Shown here: positions 35,090 through 41,708 of the stretch, piece by piece
Layout of the letters: every line of letters starts with the position of its first letter
Position numbering within the stretch: position 1 is the stretch's first letter
Notes under the pieces: model-generated
What the model was told of the DNA's origin: nothing
Seen by the model: the letters and a program-made list of their open reading frames with translations, nothing else
Database searches by the model: none
Made by a program: the position numbers and the translations under genes
Source of the DNA: a virus
Lineage: Duplodnaviria; Heunggongvirae; Uroviricota; Caudoviricetes
Direction: 5' to 3' (one strand)
Virus record (IMG/VR): IMGVR_UViG_3300025364_000002
DNA length: 64,000 nt

Positions 35090-35557
35090 TTAATTATATC
35101 CGCCTTTACAATGTGTAGGTAATGTCGCATTACAATTTGGACATAAAAATCTTAGATTTTCTAATCTGTTATCATTTCTTATTCCATTTATATGGTCAAG
35201 AATCAATGATATCTTTTTTCCATTCCAATTATCATCCAATGGACACATAGAACAAGTGTAAGATATTAGTTTGTCTTTGACAATCCTATTTCTAAGAACA
35301 GATCTTGCAACTGTAGAATTTACTACAAATATATCTTTGTATCCTCTTTTGCTTAGAGATTTTGTCTGATACAAATAATTTGCCATTTCTTTTCTACCTA
35401 AAAAATGACTAGTGTCTATATTCCATTCTTTTATTTTCTTTTTTAGAGTTTTGTACGCAGAACTAGAAGCATTGCGCTCAAATTTATCTAAAACCATCTT
35501 GTAGCTCAATGAAACTTTCACCGCTTCTTTTAGCGTTTTTTCTGTATATTGTTTCAT
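35090..35557 (-). mobile_element. HNH homing endonuclease
   Basis: CSMC...LILDHINGIRNDNRLENLRFLCPNCN; start at MKQYTE. Confidence 0.9.
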
Positions 35558-35587
35558 AGAAATGCTCTTCCTTTGAGCTATGGGAGC
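35558..35587 (-). pseudogene. 5' half of an Arg-type tRNA abutting the HNH start codon
   Basis: GCTCCCA-TA-GCTC-AAAGGAA-GAGC-A-TTTCT followed directly by ATG. Confidence 0.75.
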
Positions 35588-35614
35588 AAAGATAACTATC
35601 CTCAGCAAATCTAG

Positions 35615-35701
35615 TTTGCCGATGGGACTCGAACCCATACTGGACCGGGTTCGAGCTTTCGCCCTACTACCAGCGCCTCTGCCAAATTGGGCTACGGAGG
35701 A
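35615..35701 (-). ncRNA. tRNA-Leu-like scaffold with a GNRA hairpin replacing the anticodon
   Basis: D arm GCCC-AATTTGGCAGA-GGC, CTGG/CCAG stem enclosing GGGC-GAAA-GCTC, T arm intact, weak acceptor. Confidence 0.6.
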
Positions 35702-35705
35702 AAGT

Positions 35706-35782
35706 TGGAGCTGGCACAGGGAATCGAACCCTGATTTCTCGCTTACGAGGCGAGTGTAATGTGACCGTTATACTATGCCAGC
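35706..35782 (-). tRNA. tRNA-Thr(CGT)
   Basis: Canonical, CCA. Confidence 0.93.
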
Positions 35783-35814
35783 AATGATTTAAATAGTTTC
35801 AATCTCTAAATTTC

Positions 35815-35923
35815 GTCGCTCGGGAAGGACTTCAACCTTCAGGCCCCTGAAAAGGGATTTGTTCCACTGACCTCCAGTGACGACGGAGTTGCACCGTCTA
35901 CCCGCCCTGTTTCTCAGGGCGAC
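35815..35923 (-). ncRNA. structured ncRNA with two T-arm-like hairpins
   Basis: GTCGC/GCGAC closure; GACGG-TGCAACT-CCGTC and GAAGG-TTGAAGT-CCTTC. Confidence 0.65.
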
Positions 35924-35933
35924 AAAGATTTAG

Positions 35934-36007
35934 TTCCCAAGGGTGGATTCGAACCACCATCACATGGCTTCAGAGACCAGTATCATAAACCGTTAGACCA
36001 CTTGGGA
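35934..36007 (-). tRNA. tRNA-Gln(CTG)
   Basis: Loop CTCTGAA. Confidence 0.9.
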
Positions 36008-36063
36008 ATATCAAAAGAAATCTTTAAAATGCCTACTTTACGCCGACACGAGGTTTCTTTTAG

Positions 36064-36134
36064 CTCGGGGTGAGGGAATCGAACCCCCATTCATGGAGTC
36101 AAAGGCCATTGTCCTACCGTTGGACGAACCCCGA
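36064..36134 (-). tRNA. tRNA-Gln(TTG)
   Basis: Loop CTTTGAC. Confidence 0.92.
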
Positions 36135-36143
36135 AAAATCTAG

Positions 36144-36216
36144 CTCTGGGAGAGGGACTCGAACCCCCGACCAAGAAGTTAACAGCTTCCCGCTCTACCA
36201 ACTGAGCTATCCCAGA
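36144..36216 (-). tRNA. tRNA-Asn(GTT)
   Basis: Canonical. Confidence 0.95.
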
Positions 36217-36352
36217 ATATTGCGTATACCATACGCAGAAACAATAGGTAACCTATCTACTTTATATCTTTTGTCAGGATATCAATGACTATTGTCGTTT
36301 GTACCTCATTATTCAGAACAACTAATCCAAAATAAACTAGTTGAATTCCTTT

Positions 36353-36425
36353 TGGTACCACCGGAGAGAATTGAACTCTCACCCAAGTGCTTATGAAACA
36401 CTGGTCCACGCCTTTGGTCGGTGGT
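36353..36425 (-). tRNA. tRNA-Met/Ile2(CAT) with atypical D arm
   Basis: Loop TTCATAA, perfect acceptor and T arm, CCA. Confidence 0.72.
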
Positions 36426-36437
36426 GTACCATATCAT

Positions 36438-36520
36438 GTACTCTATGGGATTTGAACCCATTTCTCCCTCCTTTTAAAGGGCGTTTTCTCCTGCCGAACC
36501 AAGCCTTTCCAGAGGTAACC
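36438..36520 (-). pseudogene. degenerate tRNA-like sequence
   Basis: ATGGG-TTCAAAT-CCCAT T arm; the rest is poorly formed. Confidence 0.4.
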
Positions 36521-36567
36521 ATGGATTCTCTAGCGGTATTTTTTCGGCTAAACTAAGAGCACATTAG

Positions 36568-36640
36568 TGGAACCTAAGGGATTTGAACCCTTGACCTTCT
36601 GTATGCCATACAGATGCTCTCCCAACTGAGCTAAGGCCCC
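36568..36640 (-). tRNA. tRNA-Ala(GGC)
   Basis: Canonical. Confidence 0.95.
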
Positions 36641-36651
36641 ATTAATTTGTT

Positions 36652-36727
36652 TGGTGGAGAGAAGGGGAATCGAACCCCTCACACGGTGCTTGCAAGGCGT
36701 CCTCGCCCCCTTGGAACATGCCACCCC
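36652..36727 (-). tRNA. tRNA-Ala(TGC), atypical D arm
   Basis: Loop CTTGCAA, G3-U70, CCA. Confidence 0.8.
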
Positions 36728-36808
36728 AAATAACAAACCCGAAAGCAATACCCATGATCTGGGGATTGTAAACCACCACGTTCGTGGCCCCTAACTGCTT
36801 GGGTTGGT

Positions 36809-36884
36809 TGGTGTCACCCACAGGACTTGAACCTGTACGCCTCGGGCTTCAACCGAGCGCTCTACCAAATTGAGCTAGGGTGAC
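36809..36884 (-). tRNA. tRNA-Phe(GAA)
   Basis: Canonical, CCA. Confidence 0.95.
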
Positions 36885-36885
36885 G

Positions 36886-37242
36886 TTAGTAGATAACTTT
36901 TACTGCGTGTCCTGCTTTTAGCAGGTCTTCATTTAAGGTTTCAGAAGAATCCTCAGGCGAAACGGTTACTATCCATCTTCCGTATTTACCTTGAAGCTTT
37001 TCGGACTCAATCAAGAATCTGTTTGGCGCTTTGGAAGCGAACCAGTTTTCCACAAATTCTTTAGCAGCCATACCTTTTTGGTATTCTTCGGATTCCTTCT
37101 TTACACCATATGTTTCTGGTGTATCTAATCCAGCAAGTCTTACTCGCACTTTGGTGCAAATTCTAAATCCTAGATCTACTGTAATGTCTAGAGTGTCGCC
37201 ATCGACAACACGATCAAGAGTTGCATAATAGTTGTGTACCAT
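36886..37242 (-). CDS. thermonuclease (SNase-like) family protein
   Basis: RVVDGDT, VRLAGLDTPE, GKYGR. Confidence 0.9.
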   Translation of the reverse strand: MVHNYYATLDRVVDGDTLDITVDLGFRICTKVRVRLAGLDTPETYGVKKESEEYQKGMAAKEFVENWFASKAPNRFLIESEKLQGKYGRWIVTVSPEDSSETLNEDLLKAGHAVKVIY

Positions 37243-37267
37243 GTTAGTAAATATGGCACACGTTTAG

Positions 37268-37357
37268 TGTGTCCCTCCGGATTTGAACCAGTCGTCATAA
37301 CCAACCCCACTTATTTTTTGACAACGGTTTTACAGACCGCCGTGAGGAAAGGAACCC
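37268..37357 (-). tRNA. tRNA-Tyr(GTA), D-arm-less with enlarged variable region
   Basis: Loop CTGTAAA; only TTTCCTCACG between acceptor and anticodon stems. Confidence 0.72.
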
Positions 37358-37384
37358 ATTCGATATTCAATTTTCAAAGATTAG

Positions 37385-37465
37385 TGGGGACGGTAGGAAT
37401 CGAACCTACTTGCCCGAAGGCCACGGGGTTACAGCCCGCTGCCGTACCGTTACGGCGTCGCCCCC
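37385..37465 (-). tRNA. tRNA-Tyr(GTA)
   Basis: Canonical class II. Confidence 0.93.
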
Positions 37466-37583
37466 ATTAGAGATATATTTGCATTTTATATGCAGTGTTA
37501 ACAAGGTATAAACATACTTTTGTCTTAAAATCGATTCATACAATCTACATTTGTCAGATGCTGGTAAATTAATGTTTGACATT

Positions 37584-37658
37584 TGGTAGCGGGTGAGGGA
37601 TTCGAACCCCCGTCTCTTGGTTATGAGCCAAGCGAGATGACCACTTCTCCAACCCGCA
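37584..37658 (-). tRNA. initiator-like tRNA-Met(CAT)
   Basis: 1:72 mismatch, GAGA/TCTC D stem, CCA; only two G-C pairs closing the anticodon stem. Confidence 0.88.
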
Positions 37659-37663
37659 ACAAA

Positions 37664-37777
37664 AAACTTATCGAACCGCCAACCTTACCCTTCATGGGTA
37701 CATGACTGCTGGTCTCCACACCAGGGAGCCTAGTTGTGGAGAACTAGGCTCTCGTTCCTTAGCTGCTTTAAGGCAGC
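37664..37777 (-). ncRNA. kissing-loop ncRNA family, copy 1
   Basis: Adjacent hairpins with complementary loops CTCCAC/GTGGAG; shared AACGA, CAGTC and TTGRCGGTT motifs. Confidence 0.75.
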
Positions 37778-37783
37778 AAATAT

Positions 37784-37872
37784 TGGTAGCCAGGGCGAGA
37801 TTCGAACTCGCACTCCATTTTACTGGAACTGGATCCTTAGTCCAGCGGGTCTGCCAATTCCCCCACCTGGCC
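37784..37872 (-). tRNA. tRNA-Leu(AAG)
   Basis: Class II, loop CTAAGGA, CCA. Confidence 0.9.
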
Positions 37873-37877
37873 ATATG

Positions 37878-38034
37878 AGGCTACCCCGATTTAGGGCGAT
37901 TTAATCTGGATTCAAGTCCAGAACCTCCAAAAACTTTCATAACTTGTCTGGTGTTTGACGCACCAGGGCGTCAGTGTGGATATTGATACCCGCTTCACGC
38001 CATCAGCCTTTCGGCTTCCAATATTCGTTATGAT
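37878..38034 (-). ncRNA. putative pseudoknotted RNA
   Basis: TCATAAC/GTTATGA closure, GAAA hairpin, TGACG complementary to loop CGTCA. Confidence 0.5.
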
Positions 38035-38050
38035 TAGTGACCTCGACGGG
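38035..38050 (-). pseudogene. 3' tip remnant of a Glu-type tRNA
   Basis: CCCGT-CGAGGTC-A-CTA immediately after the HNH stop codon. Confidence 0.6.
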
Positions 38051-38464
38051 TCATCTATATTGTTTTCTTTTCCAAGTTCGTAACCTATGACAATTAGAAC
38101 AGACTAATTCACATTTTTTAATTTCTTCCAAAAGTCGTTTTTGAGAGAAACCATTTACAATCCCATCTGACAATTCGAAACTTTTATTGCCAAGATGATC
38201 AAAGTCCATGCAAACAGGATGGTATGTTTTTTCACAATCAACACAAGGTGATTTTTTTATCTCCCACAAAAAATCCTTATTAAGTTTTTTTCGTTTGCGA
38301 TCATAAGCCTTTTCTTTCTTTTGATTATTTCTATAATAATCAACTCTTGCTTTCGCAGCACAAACTTTACAGTAGGCTTGTAAACCTTTTTTACCAGATT
38401 TGTACGTTCTTGAATGAAAGGCTTTATTAGATTTTTCTATCTTACATTTTATACATGTTTTCAT
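38051..38464 (-). mobile_element. HNH homing endonuclease
   Basis: CIKC...YCKVC, PCVDC...MDFDH...CELVCSNCHRLRT. Confidence 0.9.
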
Positions 38465-38469
38465 AATAA

Positions 38470-38541
38470 TGACCCTACGGAGACTCGAACTCCGATCACG
38501 AGATTGAAAGACTCGTATCCTTGCCGTTAGACGATAGGGCC
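38470..38541 (-). tRNA. tRNA-Glu(TTC)
   Basis: Loop CTTTCAA. Confidence 0.92.
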
Positions 38542-38588
38542 AAAGGGAAATCCTTATTCAGTTTTCAAGGAAGAAACTTAGTATATCA

Positions 38589-38660
38589 TCGTCCGAACAG
38601 GGATTGAACCTGTGACCTCTTCCGTGTCAAGGAAGCGCTCTCCCACTGAGCTACCGGACG
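38589..38660 (-). tRNA. tRNA-Val(GAC)
   Basis: Canonical. Confidence 0.93.
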
Positions 38661-38841
38661 GATTGTAAATATTGTTTTGCTCTTTCTAAAATCTCCACAG
38701 AATCCCTGAAAAGACCTAATCCAGTATTACAACTACTGTAACGCTTGAAACTCCTGTTTGCAACTTTGACAAATCTTCGTTTCTTTTTTCTCTGTATCTC
38801 ATGGTGTTAACAGTTTATCATGAGATAAAAAGACTGTTTAG

Positions 38842-38914
38842 TTGGCCCACTGGGAATCGAACCCAGATCTCAGCTTTATCAGAGCTGCGTGCTAAACCGC
38901 TCTACTATGGGCCA
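38842..38914 (-). tRNA. tRNA-Ile(GAT)
   Basis: Loop CTGATAA. Confidence 0.9.
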
Positions 38915-38970
38915 ATAGTTTCATCAGACGGAGGGTGTACTGCCCAATATTTTTAACTATGTTATTTTGT

Positions 38971-39246
38971 TTACTTTTTGTCTAAATCTTCGATATCTTC
39001 AGGATACACATTTCCGTTTTCATCTCTCATGGGCTGATATTCTTCCCAACCCATAATTTCGTTTCTTTTCTGGGCTGCTTCCAGCCTGGTTTTTGCATTA
39101 TATTCAGCAATCAGCTGAACCTTTTCTTTGAAAAATCCAAGACGGTATGCAATCGATTCTAGCCGATTTCTACGGCACTCGAAACTGTCTTTGGGTGATA
39201 GACTAATGCTGCCATCATATTCATTTTCCCAGATTTGAAACAACAT
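38971..39246 (-). CDS. hypothetical protein
   Basis: Start at MLFQIW, downstream of tRNA-Lys. Confidence 0.7.
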   Translation of the reverse strand: MLFQIWENEYDGSISLSPKDSFECRRNRLESIAYRLGFFKEKVQLIAEYNAKTRLEAAQKRNEIMGWEEYQPMRDENGNVYPEDIEDLDKK

Positions 39247-39257
39247 TGGTTTTCTCT

Positions 39258-39332
39258 TGGTGGGGCGCCTGGGAATCGAACCCAGCTCATTCGGCTTAAA
39301 AGGCCGTTGCATCGCCTTGATGCTAACACCCC
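39258..39332 (-). tRNA. tRNA-Lys(TTT)
   Basis: Canonical, CCA. Confidence 0.94.
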
Positions 39333-39350
39333 AAATTTACATAGTTTATT

Positions 39351-39510
39351 TGGTGGAGCTTATTGAAGCTGTCGCCACCGGAATATTACATCCGAAACGT
39401 ATTGCCCGGCGTCGCTTGTTCGGCGTCGGGGCGCCCGCCATTCCCTGCGAATCTCTTATTCTACCCTAGGTCGGCGCCAGTTTCAACCTCGTTTCCAGTT
39501 GAAACCTATT
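39351..39510 (-). ncRNA. GC-rich structured RNA ending in CCACCA
   Basis: GTTTCAAC/GTTGAAAC, GGCGCC/GGCGCC and CCGG stems; 3' AGCTT-CAAT-AAGCT-CCACCA. Confidence 0.55.
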
Positions 39511-39544
39511 GCGTCTCAAAATGTAACGAAGAAATTTAAAAGAC

Positions 39545-39766
39545 TCAGACAGTAGTTGCTGTCATTGCAGTCTGCATAGAATACTTCAGGCATTCAAGCT
39601 GAATGAGCGTCTTTTCAAGAACAACACCTGTGAGGCGCTCATCGCCATCCGTGCATTCCAATACAAAACTATGAACTTCACCTACGGTGAGTCGCCCATC
39701 TCGAATGGCAATTGCGAATCCCTTGACGAGATCATCAGCAGTATTAATTTGAAAGTTGCTGTACAT
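39545..39766 (-). CDS. hypothetical protein
   Basis: RBS AAGGAGG, 73 aa. Confidence 0.7.
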   Translation of the reverse strand: MYSNFQINTADDLVKGFAIAIRDGRLTVGEVHSFVLECTDGDERLTGVVLEKTLIQLECLKYSMQTAMTATTV

Positions 39767-39843
39767 GTTTCCTCCTTAGGGATTTCTAAGGCTAAGGAAG
39801 GATAACATCCCAGGGTTTGAGAGTAAACCTTATTTCAAATTTC

Positions 39844-40134
39844 TTACCAGCCTGCTGCCTTGAGTTTGGCCTGTACTGCTTGCTTGATAAGTTCTTTTTG
39901 CTGAGGATCTTTTTCACCCTTCATTGCTGCAAGAAGCTGATCAAGATTCATATTTGCATTCAACCAAGGATTTTGGCCTGCTTTTGCAGCCTGGGCACGG
40001 CCTGGAGTGCCTCCGGGCTTAAAACCACTGCGCTGCTGTCCAGCTCCTGGTAAACCAGAAATTTGTTCATCAATTTGCTCACGTACGGCCTCACGGACCA
40101 TTTCTTTAAGCTGTTTAAAGGTAAGTTTTGCCAT
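39844..40134 (-). CDS. hypothetical protein (probable late/virion-associated)
   Basis: LTFKQLKEMVREAVRE leader typical of huge-phage proteins. Confidence 0.7.
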   Translation of the reverse strand: MAKLTFKQLKEMVREAVREQIDEQISGLPGAGQQRSGFKPGGTPGRAQAAKAGQNPWLNANMNLDQLLAAMKGEKDPQQKELIKQAVQAKLKAAGW

Positions 40135-40213
40135 TGTGTTTACTCCGATTGCAGTAATCTGCCTGTGAGTAAATAGTTGTCTTTAGGCATTATTCTTTTC
40201 TTAGAAAAAATTT

Positions 40214-40257
40214 TGGTCGTTCCGGGAAGAATCGAACTTCCATATTCGCTTTATCAG
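40214..40257 (-). pseudogene. 3' half of tRNA-Ile(GAT)
   Basis: CTGATAA-AGCGA-ATAT-GGAAG-TTCGATT-CTTCC-CGGAACG-A-CCA. Confidence 0.8.
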
Positions 40258-40802
40258 TCAACCAATCCAAGTTGGCGTAGTTTCTTCTTTACAGCAACGT
40301 CAGACACACCGACAATTTTGGCTATTTCTGTATAGGTCATCTTGTTTTTTACAGCTAAACTCAAATCAACCTTTTCCCATTTACCTTTGATTTTAGTTTT
40401 GCCAACACAAGCCTGCGAACAATATTTTCGCAAATCAGATTTCAATTTACCACAATGTTTACAAGGTGTTAGATTTATATGTTTTTCTTTGCGATATTTC
40501 TCAAAAGAAAAATCAAATCTAACAATATCTTTTGGGATTGTTGTGATTTCGTCATGAACTTCACGATGACAATTTGCACAAAGTAAAACACATTTTTTTG
40601 CTTCTTTTACTAGTTTTTCCCATCGTGCTACCTTGTTCCATTTTGAAAATGTGAAATCTTTTTCATCTTTATTTAGATGATGGAATTCTAAAGCTTTTAG
40701 TGTTTTACTGTATCCACATATTCCGCATTTACTTCCAAAAGCCTCTTTGAGACGTTTAATGGTGCGTTCACGCCATGCTTTTACATACTTGTATTCTGCC
40801 AT
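40254..40802 (-). mobile_element. HNH homing endonuclease inserted in tRNA-Ile
   Basis: CGICGY...LEFHHL...CVLLCANCHREVH; stop codon lies in the anticodon loop. Confidence 0.9.
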
Positions 40803-40856
40803 CGTCTAACCTCAATGCATAACTATATCATAGTTGGATATAAATCTATAGAGGTT

Positions 40857-40887
40857 CGATGCCCTTAGGCCATTAGACGACGGAACG
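40857..40887 (-). pseudogene. 5' half of tRNA-Ile(GAT)
   Basis: CGTTCCG is complementary to the 3' half acceptor CGGAACG; D arm and TCG follow. Confidence 0.75.
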
Positions 40888-40902
40888 ATATGCCGGATCA
40901 AT

Positions 40903-40978
40903 ACAACAACAGTTGGATTCGAACCAACAACCTGGACTTTCATAGAGCCCCGCTCTACCATTGCAGCTATGTGTTGTA
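40903..40978 (-). tRNA. atypical tRNA, anticodon ATG
   Basis: Loop CTATGAA, good T arm, bulged acceptor. Confidence 0.55.
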
Positions 40979-40988
40979 AAGGCGACAT

Positions 40989-41063
40989 TGGTCGGTCGCC
41001 TGGGAATCGAACCCAGCTCTGATGGATTAAGAGTCCAGTGCATCGCCTTGATGCTAACGACCG
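40989..41063 (-). tRNA. tRNA-Lys(CTT)
   Basis: Canonical, CCA. Confidence 0.92.
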
Positions 41064-41158
41064 AAACGAAAGTTCACTCATGAGAAGTCATGGAATCCTG
41101 GCAGTGAACATTTCCAAAGTAAGCACTCTAGCCATTTTGATTCATTCGAGTTACTTAG

Positions 41159-41231
41159 TGGAGAATAAGGGATTCGAACCCTTGACTCCGGTGTGCAAGA
41201 CCGGTGTGTTCCCAATTAGCACCAATTCCCC
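41159..41231 (-). tRNA. tRNA-Ala(TGC)
   Basis: G3-U70, canonical. Confidence 0.94.
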
Positions 41232-41233
41232 AA

Positions 41234-41427
41234 AAAACTTGCAACCGTCAAGCCATGCCCCCAGGGGGACCGCCAGACTGCCTCTCTGCCAAGAGGGAAC
41301 TTGATGGTGGCAGCCATCTTGTTTCGTTGCTTGAATTTGCATCGTCTCTCCGACGTGTCAAGTCTAGTGCTCGGGAGTCCTTCAAAGTTTGAAGGGTCCT
41401 TTGCTGGGACGTACCGACTTTCGAACC
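41234..41427 (-). ncRNA. kissing-loop ncRNA family, copy 2 (with 5' extension)
   Basis: Complementary loops CTGCCA/TGGCAG and the same conserved motifs as copy 1. Confidence 0.75.
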
Positions 41428-41503
41428 TGGCGGGACCGACGAGATTTGAACTCGCACCCTCTCCCGTGACAGGGGAGCGCACTGCCAATTATGCTACGGC
41501 CCC
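41428..41503 (-). tRNA. tRNA-Asp(GTC)
   Basis: Canonical, CCA. Confidence 0.95.
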
Positions 41504-41507
41504 AAAA

Positions 41508-41625
41508 CATGACCTATAACAGATGATCAGTCTGTCAGGTGGTTGCCTATGGCAACTCTTACCATTTACATGACCTATAATCAATCGATCTCATTGATCA
41601 GGTAGATGTTCTCCATCTTTTACCA
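41508..41625. repeat. two tandem copies of a structured motif with covarying stems
   Basis: CATGACCTATAA-[stem]-TCAGGT-[stem]-TTACCA twice; stems differ in sequence but still pair. Confidence 0.8.
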
Positions 41626-41630
41626 GTTAG

Positions 41631-41705
41631 TCAGGATGGCGGGACTCGAACCCACATGATCCCGGCTCCAAACCGGGTGACTCAAACCAATTAGCCTACA
41701 TCCTG
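41631..41705 (-). tRNA. tRNA-Pro(TGG)
   Basis: Canonical. Confidence 0.93.
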
Positions 41706-41708
41706 TTG

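Noticed and set aside
39351-39510. Canonical tmRNA
   Set aside because: There is no T arm, no complementary 5' GGGGC end and no recognisable tag ORF; it is kept only as an unknown ncRNA.
41508-41625. CRISPR array or TPP riboswitch
   Set aside because: There are only two units, the variable parts are paired stems rather than spacers, and no cas genes are present. ACCTGA resembles TPP P4/P5 but the UGAGA pyrimidine-binding arm is missing.
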